A stretch of DNA of 64,000 nucleotides from Candidatus Omnitrophota bacterium (GTDB taxonomy: Bacteria > Omnitrophota > Gorgyraeia > Gygaellales > Profunditerraquicolaceae). The notes below the pieces were generated by a model. The model was given only the letters and a program-made list of their open reading frames with translations. It was not told where the DNA came from and did no database searches. The position numbers and the translations under genes are program-made. The stretch spans positions 19,956-83,955 of the forward strand of contig JAQTQJ010000004.1 of assembly GCA_028712255.1 (NCBI GenBank). Direction: 5' to 3'. Shown here in pieces: positions 50,586 to 59,918 of the stretch. Position 1 is the stretch's first letter. Every line of letters starts with the position of its first letter.

Positions 50586-51684
50586 TTATTTATTAGCACT
50601 ATATTTGAGAAAAGCCTCAATAAATTCATCCAAACCGCCGTCTAAAATTTTCTGGGTATCCCCAGTTTCAAAATCAGTACGGTGATCTTTAACTAAATTA
50701 TAGGGATGCAAAACATAAGAACGGATCTGACTGCCCCACTCAATTCTCTTTTTATCTGAATCCTGCTGCTTTAATTCTTCCTGTTTTTTTACCTGTGCTG
50801 CTGTATAGAGACGGGACTTAAGTATCTTTAAGGCAGTCTGTTTATTTTGAAACTGCGAACGCTCATTCTGGCACTGCGCCACAATTCCTGTCGGTAGATG
50901 CGTAATCCTCACCGCTGAATCCGTGGTGTTTACGCTTTGGCCACCTGCACCTTTAGAACGATAAACATCTATACGCAAATCTTTTTCTTCGATTTTGATA
51001 TCCAGATCTTCTTCTATTTCCGGAATTACATCTACCGAAGCAAACGAAGTATGCCTGCGTGAGTTTGCGTCAAAAGGTGAGATTCTCACCAAGCGATGCA
51101 CTCCGCGTTCTGCTTTTAGATAACCAAAAGCATACGGGCCTTCGATTAAAATAGTTACATTTTTAATCCCTGCCTCTTCCCCCGGAAGCATATCAATTGT
51201 TTTTACGCTATACCCGTGGCTTTGTGCAAACCGGCTGTACATCCTAAAAAGCATCCCTGCCCAATCACAGGATTCTGTACCTCCTGCTCCGGCATTGATA
51301 CTTAAAATCGTGCTATTCTTATCAAGCGGGCCACCCAAAAGAACCTGGAATTCTAACTTTTCTATTATGCTCAAGAGGCTGTCGGCATTGCGGGTTAAAT
51401 CTGAAACCAAATCCTTATCATCCTCTTTAAGCAGGGGAATAAGTTCGGTAAGTTCCTGATATTTTTTATAGGCTAGTTCCCAAGGCTCAACTATTACTTT
51501 AAGGCTCTTTAATTCTTTGACAATCTTCGTAGAATATTCTGTATTGCCCCAGAAACCCTCAGCGGACATCTGGGTGTTTAAAACATCTATTTTTTGCCTT
51601 TTATCGGCAACGTCAAAGATAACCTCTTAAGTTTTCCAGCCTCACCCCAATCCCATCAAGTTTACTTTTAATTTCTTCTATCAT
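50586..51684 (-). CDS. prfB: Peptide chain release factor 2 with programmed +1 ribosomal frameshift
   Basis: Frame 0 from ATG 51684: MIEEIKSKLDGIGVRLENLRGYL then UGA at 51613..51615; +1 frame continues DVADKRQKIDVLNTQMSAEGFW into the 327-aa ORF with SPF and GGQ motifs. Confidence 0.85.
51607..51627 (-). promoter_or_regulatory. RF2 autoregulatory frameshift site: AGAGGU (internal SD) - UAU CUU UGA C
   Basis: Sequence agaggttatctttgacgt read on the minus strand, matching the canonical prfB shifty site. Confidence 0.85.
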
Positions 51685-51712
51685 AACCGTCTCCTTCTTA
51701 CTATTAAACATT

Positions 51713-51769
51713 AAATGGGGACAGTTATTTTTAAAATGACGTTTTGAAGAAAAATAACTGTCCCCATTT
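51713..51769. terminator. Intrinsic terminator hairpin downstream of pilT (aaatggggacagttattttt ... aaaaataactgtccccattt)
   Basis: Perfect 20-bp stem, 17-nt loop. Confidence 0.7.
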
Positions 51770-51819
51770 GGGAAGTTTTTATAGCAAAATGACTATCCCT
51801 TTCTGCAAAACTTGTTTCG

Positions 51820-52893
51820 TTAAGTTTTCTTTATCCCTTTGTAAGCCAACATAAATTCTTCGCGGCTATCTGCAGCAAGCGCAGCATCCTCTACGCTTAT
51901 TTTGCCGTCATGAGTTAATTTAACCAAAGATTGAGTGAACGACTGCATACCGAATACTGCACCATCTTCAATGTAATGAGGAATCTCCCAAGTCTTTCCT
52001 TCACGAATCAGGCGGCTGATAGTGGGAGTTAGAAGCATAATCTCATAAGCAGGTACGCGGCCAGTCCCATGTTTAACAGGCACCAAACGCAATGAGATTA
52101 CTCCTTTTAGCAGCCAGGCCAATTGATTCCTTACCTCCTGATGCTGGTGAGGAGGAAAAAAGTTAATCAATCTTTCTATGGATTGAGAAGCATTAATTGT
52201 ATGCAAAGTACTCAAAACTAAAACTACAGTTTCAGCAGCAGCCATAGCGCTAGATACGGTTTCAGAATCTCGAATATTAACGATAAACATCACATCCGGG
52301 CTCTGTAAGGTAAAAGCACGCAAAGCAGTCTGATAACTCGGAACATCTATCCCCAGCTCCCGCTGATTTATAATTGACTGCTTATCTTCAAAAGTGAATT
52401 CAATCGGCTCTTCAGCAGTCAAAACATGTTTTCTGCAGTTATTATTAATATATTCAATCATACTGGCAATCGTCGTAGATTTTCCGCTGCCCATACTTCC
52501 GGTCAACAATACTAAACCGCGGGTTTCCAGCGATAGTTTTGTTAACACCTCAGTGGGAAGATTTAACTCTTCAAAGTTAGCTATATTATTGCGCACATTC
52601 CTGATAACAATGGATGGCCAATTTCTTTGCGTAAATACGCTAACCCGGAAACGCCGGTCAAATTCCTCCAGGTATACGGCAAAATCTACATCCAGGGATT
52701 TTCTAAAAATTTCAAGCTGTTTGGTATTAGACAGTTGTTCGGTGGCAAGCATAACATCCTCTACGGTTAAAATCCTGGTATCCATAGAGATTATTTTACC
52801 GTCGATTCTAAGGCGGGGTACGCCTCCGGCTCGGTAAAAAAGATCTGAAGCGTTCCTACCCACCATCTCTCTCATTAACCCTTTAATATCCAT
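51820..52893 (-). CDS. pilT: Type IV pilus retraction ATPase (PilT/PilU family)
   Basis: Walker A GSMGSGKSTT, PilT-family layout; 357 aa. Confidence 0.7.
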   Translation of the reverse strand: MDIKGLMREMVGRNASDLFYRAGGVPRLRIDGKIISMDTRILTVEDVMLATEQLSNTKQLEIFRKSLDVDFAVYLEEFDRRFRVSVFTQRNWPSIVIRNVRNNIANFEELNLPTEVLTKLSLETRGLVLLTGSMGSGKSTTIASMIEYINNNCRKHVLTAEEPIEFTFEDKQSIINQRELGIDVPSYQTALRAFTLQSPDVMFIVNIRDSETVSSAMAAAETVVLVLSTLHTINASQSIERLINFFPPHQHQEVRNQLAWLLKGVISLRLVPVKHGTGRVPAYEIMLLTPTISRLIREGKTWEIPHYIEDGAVFGMQSFTQSLVKLTHDGKISVEDAALAADSREEFMLAYKGIKKT

Positions 52894-52971
52894 TCTCCCT
52901 CCTCGCCACCAGGCGACACTAACCCAATTCCTTTAAGGGCCAGGTGTTTATAAGCGCACGATGACTAAATA

Positions 52972-54465
52972 TTATAACACCTTATCCCCTTTTAATGTAG
53001 AATTAAATTCCATGTATCTGGCAAACATAAGCCGGCTTTGAGCATCAATTGCCGGAAGTGAGCCGACAATCAATATTATAAACGGTACAAAAAACCATTC
53101 CAAGACCAAAATTACATTCTTGAATACGCTCACCCCCTTAGGCCGCGGCGGTAGAATTGTCCAACTCAGAAATATCCAGATCAAACTAGTCAATAAAGTA
53201 AACTGAAACAGTAATCCGGTAATCTTGGGTAAATTATAAGCAATTGCCATCTGGCTAAAAAACACTCCCCCAAAAAGCATGGGCAAATACCCAATAACCA
53301 CCAGAATAAAGGCCCAGACAGCCCAAGTAACATGGCTTTCCAATAGATGGAATGACCTTCTTAATTTATGAAATAAAGAAATATTTTTATTTTTTATGAA
53401 ACCATCCACTACAAAAGGAAAATTTTCTATTCCCCATGCCCACCTTCTTTTTTGCTTATACTGCACAACAATTGTCTTCCATATATTAGTAGAATAAGCT
53501 ACGTCCATAGAAACCGTAACATATAAAGGCACTACCCGGTAATCCCCATTATAATGTAAGTAACCTTTCCAATAGATCACGGAGTCATCTGAAATCATAT
53601 TCACCGGCCAATAATCCACCTCAACCAACGTCTTGAAACTCATACTGTGGCTGGAGAATGTAACAAACTTTTCAAGGCGCATACTTTCAATCAGCTGGCA
53701 GAATGAACTGCTAATCTCAACTAACCTGGCAAAAGAAGGCGCTTGCCAAATATTATTGTTATAAACTGGCATCGGTTGATAGCTTGCCTGATGTGGTTTA
53801 TCAGAGGTCAAAAAATGATAACTTAGGCATCCGAAATATTCTGGCTCAACACAGGTATCGGCATCAAAACAGGAAACTATCACATTTTCATAAGTAATTT
53901 CACGGCTATCAATAAATTTTTTAGCAGCTTTAGCGCTCCATGTGGCATTTGCACCTTTTGTGCGGGTTTCCCCGGCTAAACCATCAGGATGAAAAGTAGA
54001 TATATAAGCACCGAATTTTGAACTAAACTCTTTTTCTAAAATTAAGGCAATATCATGCGCGCGGATATTGCGTTCTTCAAAAGCCATAGCTACAATAATC
54101 TTATCTTTTGGGTAATGGCTTGCATCCAAAGAAGATAATGACGGCCGCAAAACCTCCAGGCCTTCGTTATAAACGGGAAAAATAACTAATTGATACAACT
54201 TGGAAAAACTTTTATCTTCAGGAAGAGTTAAACAACGTTTCAACCAATCTTCATTCCTCTGATGAGAAAGCCGATTGTGCGCCATCACTAAAAGAGTAGT
54301 CAGGTAAACTGTACGAATTATCCAATAAAAATCAAAAGTAATAATTATTATAGCGCTGGCTACCGGATGTTTAATCGACAAAAAAACTAATACAATAATT
54401 ATGCTCCAGGATAAACCTCCGGGTATAATTTCAAAGATGCGCCTTGAGAATGTTTTCTTATCCAC
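52972..54465 (-). CDS. Family-2 processive membrane glycosyltransferase (cellulose/PNAG-synthase-like)
   Basis: DAD(T) DxD motif, QYKQKRRWAWG (QxxRW) motif, N- and C-terminal TM bundles; 497 aa. Confidence 0.6.
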   Translation of the reverse strand: MDKKTFSRRIFEIIPGGLSWSIIIVLVFLSIKHPVASAIIIITFDFYWIIRTVYLTTLLVMAHNRLSHQRNEDWLKRCLTLPEDKSFSKLYQLVIFPVYNEGLEVLRPSLSSLDASHYPKDKIIVAMAFEERNIRAHDIALILEKEFSSKFGAYISTFHPDGLAGETRTKGANATWSAKAAKKFIDSREITYENVIVSCFDADTCVEPEYFGCLSYHFLTSDKPHQASYQPMPVYNNNIWQAPSFARLVEISSSFCQLIESMRLEKFVTFSSHSMSFKTLVEVDYWPVNMISDDSVIYWKGYLHYNGDYRVVPLYVTVSMDVAYSTNIWKTIVVQYKQKRRWAWGIENFPFVVDGFIKNKNISLFHKLRRSFHLLESHVTWAVWAFILVVIGYLPMLFGGVFFSQMAIAYNLPKITGLLFQFTLLTSLIWIFLSWTILPPRPKGVSVFKNVILVLEWFFVPFIILIVGSLPAIDAQSRLMFARYMEFNSTLKGDKVL

Positions 54466-55483
54466 CCTTATCTTCCTTCCCTATCGATTTAACGCCCTTA
54501 AAAGGCTGGATCATCAATTTCTCTAATGAAATAAGGCTAGGGCTTAAGTCCACCCGGTACAAATTATTATAAAAACTACCATCGGGGCTTCTCTGGCTAT
54601 CGCTAAAATAAAGTTCATTCTCTTTATTATCATAAAATGCCTCTGCCCCTTCCTTATTTAATTCTACCAAGTTAACCGGTTTTGCTTGCGGCCTGGCCTC
54701 AATTACCTGAACATGCTTATCGGTCAAAACAATTAAATGGTAGCTATCCGCATGCCAAAAAACCTGGATTATTTTTTCCTGTGGATAATCTAAAAAGACA
54801 AAGGAGTCCTGAAATCCATAATCACCCTGATTATCAAAGAAAACTACGCCAATCTGATGACGATTAAAAACAAACAGCTTCTTTTTATCTTCGGGAACCT
54901 GCCAACCAACAATCTGTGTGAATTTTTCAGGAAGGCTGGCGATATCCTCAAAGTTACTTGAGTCTAAATTAGACCTATACACAACCTTATTTTCAGCATC
55001 CAAATAATAAATCAATTTCTTTTCGCTATCAACGTGAAAAAATGAAAAATTTTCCTGATTTAACTGCTGAAGGTTGGGGCGCAACGGAAAAAGGATAACC
55101 TTATCCAGGCGGCTGACTTTACCCGCCTCAACATCAACTTCCCCTTTCCAAGGATAATGTTGCGCTAATTCCAAAACAATCTTATAAACACCAGGGACTA
55201 ACTCCTGCATACTTGCAGGACTCCTGTCTGGAATAAGTTTACCGTTGAGGTATATTTTTGCTCCGGCAGGCTGGGTCTTTACAGAGATTAGGCCGGTCTT
55301 AGTAAACTTTAAAGTATGCCTATTAAATTTATACCCCAATGCATAAGAAAGGATAAAAGGAAGCCCGGCAAAAAATAAAAATACGCTTAAATAAAACAAA
55401 ACTCCTCTAATCCTTTGAAAATTCAACCCCGTTAGAGAACTATGTTCTCTTAGGGTATGATTTTTCTCTAACGGGGTAAACAT
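54458..55483 (-). CDS. Membrane-anchored PEGA-domain protein (glycosyltransferase partner)
   Basis: N-terminal TM; VKTQPAGAKIYLNGKLI...VPGVYKIVLEL PEGA-like segment; 8-nt overlap with the GT2 gene. Confidence 0.45.
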   Translation of the reverse strand: MFTPLEKNHTLREHSSLTGLNFQRIRGVLFYLSVFLFFAGLPFILSYALGYKFNRHTLKFTKTGLISVKTQPAGAKIYLNGKLIPDRSPASMQELVPGVYKIVLELAQHYPWKGEVDVEAGKVSRLDKVILFPLRPNLQQLNQENFSFFHVDSEKKLIYYLDAENKVVYRSNLDSSNFEDIASLPEKFTQIVGWQVPEDKKKLFVFNRHQIGVVFFDNQGDYGFQDSFVFLDYPQEKIIQVFWHADSYHLIVLTDKHVQVIEARPQAKPVNLVELNKEGAEAFYDNKENELYFSDSQRSPDGSFYNNLYRVDLSPSLISLEKLMIQPFKGVKSIGKEDKGG

Positions 55484-56721
55484 TATTTAAATACCTCTTT
55501 TTTATGCAAGATGTGATGATAACTAAGAGCAAACCTGTGCGCTTCATCACGTATCCGTCGGATTAAATTCATCGCCGCAGCGTCAGTTGGAAAACGTAAA
55601 ATTCCGCGTTTCTGGCTGCTATAAAGATTTTCTTTCTCTTTAGCAATGCTAACCAGCGCAATATCAAGATTCAATTCTTTAAGTTGGCGCGCTGCGGTTA
55701 AAAGATGGCCCTTACCTCCGTCAATAAGCAATAAATCCGGTAACGGCTTCTTCTCCCTGATTAACCGAACATAACGCCTCCTTACTATCTCAGCAAGCAT
55801 TTTATAATCATTGATTCCGGAAAAACTCTTTATACGGAAACGACGGTAATTGTTTTTATCCGCCATGCCATTTTGAAAACTGACCATTGAACCGACAGAA
55901 TGTTGACCTGAGATATTAGAGATATCAAACCCTTCAATTCTAACAGGCAAATTTACTAAGCCCAGCCTATTTTTTAAATCTTCCAACTCTGCTCTACGGT
56001 TAAAGACTCCTGAACCCGAGGGCACCTGCGATAAAACAGTAATCTGGTCACGAATCCTGACTGCCGCTTCAAAATCATGAGCCTTGGCTTTATCTTGCAT
56101 GGATTTAGTCAATTTTCGGATCAACAAATCACCCTTGCCTTCTAAAACTAAAATAATATTGGCAATTATCCTCCTGTATTCCTGAGGGCCAATTTTACCG
56201 ATGCAAGGAGCAGGACAAAGATTGATCTTATAGTAAATACAACTGCGCTTGGGAAGGCGCCTGCAAGACCGGTACCCAAAGCTACGCCGGATAATTTTAA
56301 GTGCGTTTTTTAAAAGTTTAGCATTAGTGTATGGCCCCAGATACCGTGCGCCTGCCTCATTCTTCTTACGCGTAATACAAATTAACGGAAACTCTTCATG
56401 GGAAATCAAAACATAAGGAAAACTCTTGTCATCCTTAAGAGAGACATTATACCTTGGTTTGAGCTCATGAATAAGCCCGGCCTCAAGCAATAAAGCCGCG
56501 GTTTCATTTGCACACAACCTGAACTCAATATCCGCTACCCTTCCCATTAAAGCCAGAGTCTTATTATCTAAATCAGCTGATAGGTAATTATAAAGCCTCC
56601 TCTTTAAAGAGCTGGCCTTGCCTACATAAATTATGCGCCTCAAACTATCACGCATCAGGTATACACCGGGTGAGTCAGGAGCTGATAAAATCTTATCTCT
56701 TAAACTCTGTGTATTTCCCAT
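55483..56721 (-). CDS. uvrC: UvrC-family nuclease, short form (GIY-YIG plus RNase-H-like domain, no HhH)
   Basis: PGVYLMRD...IIYVGKASSLKRR GIY-YIG motif; C-terminal FDISNISG...IDGGKGHL UvrC endonuclease-domain motifs; 412 aa. Confidence 0.55.
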   Translation of the reverse strand: MGNTQSLRDKILSAPDSPGVYLMRDSLRRIIYVGKASSLKRRLYNYLSADLDNKTLALMGRVADIEFRLCANETAALLLEAGLIHELKPRYNVSLKDDKSFPYVLISHEEFPLICITRKKNEAGARYLGPYTNAKLLKNALKIIRRSFGYRSCRRLPKRSCIYYKINLCPAPCIGKIGPQEYRRIIANIILVLEGKGDLLIRKLTKSMQDKAKAHDFEAAVRIRDQITVLSQVPSGSGVFNRRAELEDLKNRLGLVNLPVRIEGFDISNISGQHSVGSMVSFQNGMADKNNYRRFRIKSFSGINDYKMLAEIVRRRYVRLIREKKPLPDLLLIDGGKGHLLTAARQLKELNLDIALVSIAKEKENLYSSQKRGILRFPTDAAAMNLIRRIRDEAHRFALSYHHILHKKEVFK

Positions 56722-58250
56722 AAAAACTTTAGTATAAACTCTTTAAGTTCGGCTACTCCAAAAATAAAACAAAAAACAATGTAAGATAGCACCCCGCAAA
56801 ATAATGCCCAGGCAAGATTCAATGCCTGATTCACCAAAAAACAGACACCTGCCATACAAAGACTAGCGATAAGAATACGTAAAAATGAATTTAATATTTT
56901 GCCTTCTCCAAAACCACCCAAACGTTTGCTTAGAATGAAAAATAAAAATAAGAAAGAAATTATCCCCGAAATAGCGGTGGCCAAAGCCAACCCCCCGATT
57001 TTAAGCGGAAACATCAAAAGTGAATTGAGGATAATATTTAACAGCAGGCTAAGCCCTGCAATCTTGGTGGGAGTAACCGTATCTCTGAGGGCAAAAAAAC
57101 AACATTGTAATATTTTTGTTCCGCCATAAGCACATAACCCAATGCTATAAAAAAACAGGGCATTGCTGGTCAGGAGCCCTGCATTAACATCAAATTTGCC
57201 TCCACCAAAAAAAGTAAAAATTAATGGCTGCGCTAAAACCATAAAAAGCGCTCCCATCGGTAGCATTACGAAGAAAACCGCACGCAGTCCCCAGTAAAGC
57301 GTGTTTTTAAGATTCTCCCGATTATCCTCCAATACTTGTGTCGAAAAAGTAGGTAGAATCGCCTGCGCAATGGCATTGCTAAAAATACCTATAGGGAATT
57401 GAATGAGCCGGTAGGAAAAATAAAGAACCGCAACTGCCCCCTCACCAACAATCGCCGAGAGCGATCCAAAAATAGTATCCACAAAATTATTCAACTGGTA
57501 AATTCCACTGCTTGCCAGGCGGGGCAACATTAATCTTTGAACCTGCATTACTCCAGGATGCTTAAAGCATCGGGTGAATTTTGGACGAAACCCTTTTTTA
57601 TATAAAACAGGAATCTGCACTGCCAGCTGTAGAATACCACCAAGCAAAACCCCGCTGGCCAGGCCCTTTATGCCTTCTCCCAGAAGCAGAGCACAGATAA
57701 TTATAGAAACATTTAAAAGGCAGGGGGCAAACGCCGAAACAGTAAAGTTTTTCAGCGAATTTAACACAGCCATGGCATAAACTGCCAGGCCGATAAGTAG
57801 TATATAAGGAAAGATAATCCGGTTAAGGTTAATCGTTGCCTGCAGTTTATCTGGAGAAGCAATAAAACCGGGGGCGATCATGCGTACAATTAAAGGAGAA
57901 AAAATAATTCCCAGAATAGTAACTACACTTAGTATGACCAAGAGCAGGTTAAGTAAAATATTGGCCAGCTCCCAAAACTCTTCTTTGGAATGCTTAAGGC
58001 TGTACTCGCTTAAAACCGGGACAATTGCAGCATTAGAGGCGCCTTCACCGACTAGGTCACGAAAAAGATTGGGTATGCGAAAAGCAATTACAAAAGCCTG
58101 AGCATAAATATAAACTCCAAATAAGCGGGCAATAACTATATCTCTTATAAAACCCAGGACGCGCGAGACTAAGGTAGCAATACCAATAATCCCTGCGGAG
58201 CGGGCAACTGCATGGTTTTGGCTGTTTAAAGAATATTTGATTGTTGACAT
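56700..58250 (-). CDS. murJ: Lipid II flippase MurJ
   Basis: SRVLGFIRDIVIARLFG N-terminal signature, 14 TM; 516 aa. Confidence 0.8.
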   Translation of the reverse strand: MSTIKYSLNSQNHAVARSAGIIGIATLVSRVLGFIRDIVIARLFGVYIYAQAFVIAFRIPNLFRDLVGEGASNAAIVPVLSEYSLKHSKEEFWELANILLNLLLVILSVVTILGIIFSPLIVRMIAPGFIASPDKLQATINLNRIIFPYILLIGLAVYAMAVLNSLKNFTVSAFAPCLLNVSIIICALLLGEGIKGLASGVLLGGILQLAVQIPVLYKKGFRPKFTRCFKHPGVMQVQRLMLPRLASSGIYQLNNFVDTIFGSLSAIVGEGAVAVLYFSYRLIQFPIGIFSNAIAQAILPTFSTQVLEDNRENLKNTLYWGLRAVFFVMLPMGALFMVLAQPLIFTFFGGGKFDVNAGLLTSNALFFYSIGLCAYGGTKILQCCFFALRDTVTPTKIAGLSLLLNIILNSLLMFPLKIGGLALATAISGIISFLFLFFILSKRLGGFGEGKILNSFLRILIASLCMAGVCFLVNQALNLAWALFCGVLSYIVFCFIFGVAELKEFILKFLWEIHRV

Positions 58251-58279
58251 ACGCAGCTAATTATGGTAATAATATTACC

Positions 58280-58308
58280 TTACAAAGTTAACTAATATCC
58301 AGTATTTA
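58280..58308 (+). promoter_or_regulatory. Sigma70-like promoter for rpsT (TTACAA-17-TATTTA) followed by a leader hairpin ccagcgc-taattggaatt-gcgctgg and GGAAGGAG Shine-Dalgarno
   Basis: Hexamers and spacing read directly. Confidence 0.4.
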
Positions 58309-58363
58309 CACACCCAGCGCTAATTGGAATTGCGCTGGTGTTCCCCCGCGGGAAGGAGAATAT

Positions 58364-58624
58364 ATGCCAAGACGCAAAACATCGCTAAAAAGTAACCGAG
58401 TAAGCAAAAGAAAACATACCCGGAATCTTAAGGTAAAGGTAGAATTAAAGAAAACAATCAAGAAATTCCAAGAGTTACTCACTAAAAAAGACGCTCAAGC
58501 CAAAACATTTATTGCCAAGGTTTTTTCCCAACTAGACAAAGCAGCCAAAAAAAATATTATTCCTTCGGCTACAGCTAACCGCAGAAAATCACGGCTGAGC
58601 AGGCGCTTAAGCAAATCTCATTAG
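58364..58624 (+). CDS. rpsT: 30S ribosomal protein bS20
   Basis: 86 aa basic protein, KKTIKKF...LDKAAKKNII...ANRRKSRL pattern typical of S20. Confidence 0.75.
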   Translation: MPRRKTSLKSNRVSKRKHTRNLKVKVELKKTIKKFQELLTKKDAQAKTFIAKVFSQLDKAAKKNIIPSATANRRKSRLSRRLSKSH

Positions 58625-59352
58625 AAGCCCCGCGCGCGGGGCGCTGCTTCTAACGAGACAAGCCCACATAAGCTAACTACTAATTTTTCTAATGCAAAGG
58701 CAGGCTTTAGCCTGCCTGTTTTTATTTCGATATCACAGTTAAGCATGAGTTTAAGTTTTCTTTTGGCATCCAAAGCAGCAATGTTCTGTTTTTCCCAGGC
58801 GAAACGCAACCCTCCCAGGATACGCTCAGGAGCCTCTCCATTTTTAAGCAGCTGATCCAATATGCGTAGCGCAGAATCGGTTCTCTTTAATTCAATCTGC
58901 CGGTTCAAAACAAATGCATCCGGGTTAACTGTCTCCTTAAAACGCATTACGCAAGCATGCGCCGATATCCCTTTAATAAACTCATCTTTATAATCATACT
59001 GCTGGAAATCAAACACTAGAACCAACTGTTTATGCGGCTTTTTGGAATAAGCAAGGAGAAAATCACTTGATTCTTTATCAAGCGAATGCGCCTCTTTGAT
59101 TACAATGATCCGTTTGGCGCTTTGTAGCGGAATAACCAATAGGCGTTCTTGAATATCTCTTAAGGTTACTTCTTTGGCGTATAATGTATCCAGATTAAAA
59201 TCTTGCAGATCTTTGGAAAGAAATTCCTGTTTTATTTTCTTAAGTTGAGTTTCTTTAGCTAAGATATCCTGGCCAATAAGTAGATACACCCCCACACCAA
59301 TTGGGTGCTTAACTTGCATTATATTACAATTGGTGTGGGGGTAAATCACCAT
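58621..59352 (-). CDS. holA: DNA polymerase III delta subunit (short)
   Basis: VYLLIGQD N-terminal motif, C-terminal RILDQLLKNGEAPERILGGL helix typical of delta; lptE-holA synteny. Confidence 0.5.
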   Translation of the reverse strand: MVIYPHTNCNIMQVKHPIGVGVYLLIGQDILAKETQLKKIKQEFLSKDLQDFNLDTLYAKEVTLRDIQERLLVIPLQSAKRIIVIKEAHSLDKESSDFLLAYSKKPHKQLVLVFDFQQYDYKDEFIKGISAHACVMRFKETVNPDAFVLNRQIELKRTDSALRILDQLLKNGEAPERILGGLRFAWEKQNIAALDAKRKLKLMLNCDIEIKTGRLKPAFALEKLVVSLCGLVSLEAAPRARGF

Positions 59353-59918
59353 TGCTCAACTGTACGTTCGACAATACGACGGGCAAGATCATCTATGGCA
59401 TTAGTTACCGCTGTGTCTTCGGGCACGATAACCACGCTCCCGGGAGCAAAACTGGTAAAATAAGAATAATTGCCGTTAAAATTATTCTCCTGCCAGAGCA
59501 ACTTATTCTCTTTTTCATCCCAGAGGCTTAAATTTACATAAACATTAATGCGGTATTCAGTAACATTTTCATTATCCGAAGTGTAACTTAAAGGGTCTTT
59601 ACGGTATTCAATCAATTCCCCCTTAAGCACTAAATCCGCCTCATCCTCTTTTATCGGCTTAAGATTGCCATCAAAGAGATACTTGTTAATTACTTTCTTA
59701 GTAATATCTGTCTCAAGCATCGGGCGGTAAATACGGTATTTATTAGCCGTATAGGCTTCCTGCGTTACATCTACCTTATTCAAAAAGGGAGTAATATAAA
59801 TTGTTTTGTATTTTCCGTAAAGCATCGAACGGGTAGTATAACCGCAGCCGGTCAAAATAGTAGCTAGCAGGCAACACATAGAAGCTTTGAACAAAAATAA
59901 ACCAATCCTATTTTTCAT
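59346..59918 (-). CDS. LptE-like LPS-assembly lipoprotein (putative)
   Basis: Lipobox LTGCGY, IYITPFLN motif, ~190 aa, located between a BamD-like gene and holA as in the conserved leuS-lptE-holA arrangement. Confidence 0.4.
   Translation of the reverse strand: MKNRIGLFLFKASMCCLLATILTGCGYTTRSMLYGKYKTIYITPFLNKVDVTQEAYTANKYRIYRPMLETDITKKVINKYLFDGNLKPIKEDEADLVLKGELIEYRKDPLSYTSDNENVTEYRINVYVNLSLWDEKENKLLWQENNFNGNYSYFTSFAPGSVVIVPEDTAVTNAIDDLARRIVERTVEQW

Noticed and set aside
50586-51684. Alternative genetic code (UGA recoded, as in some candidate phyla) to explain the giant ORF and odd starts
   Set aside because: RF2 is present and its autoregulatory frameshift uses UGA as a stop. Many genes terminate at TGA (e.g. 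the LarE-like gene), so standard code 11 applies.
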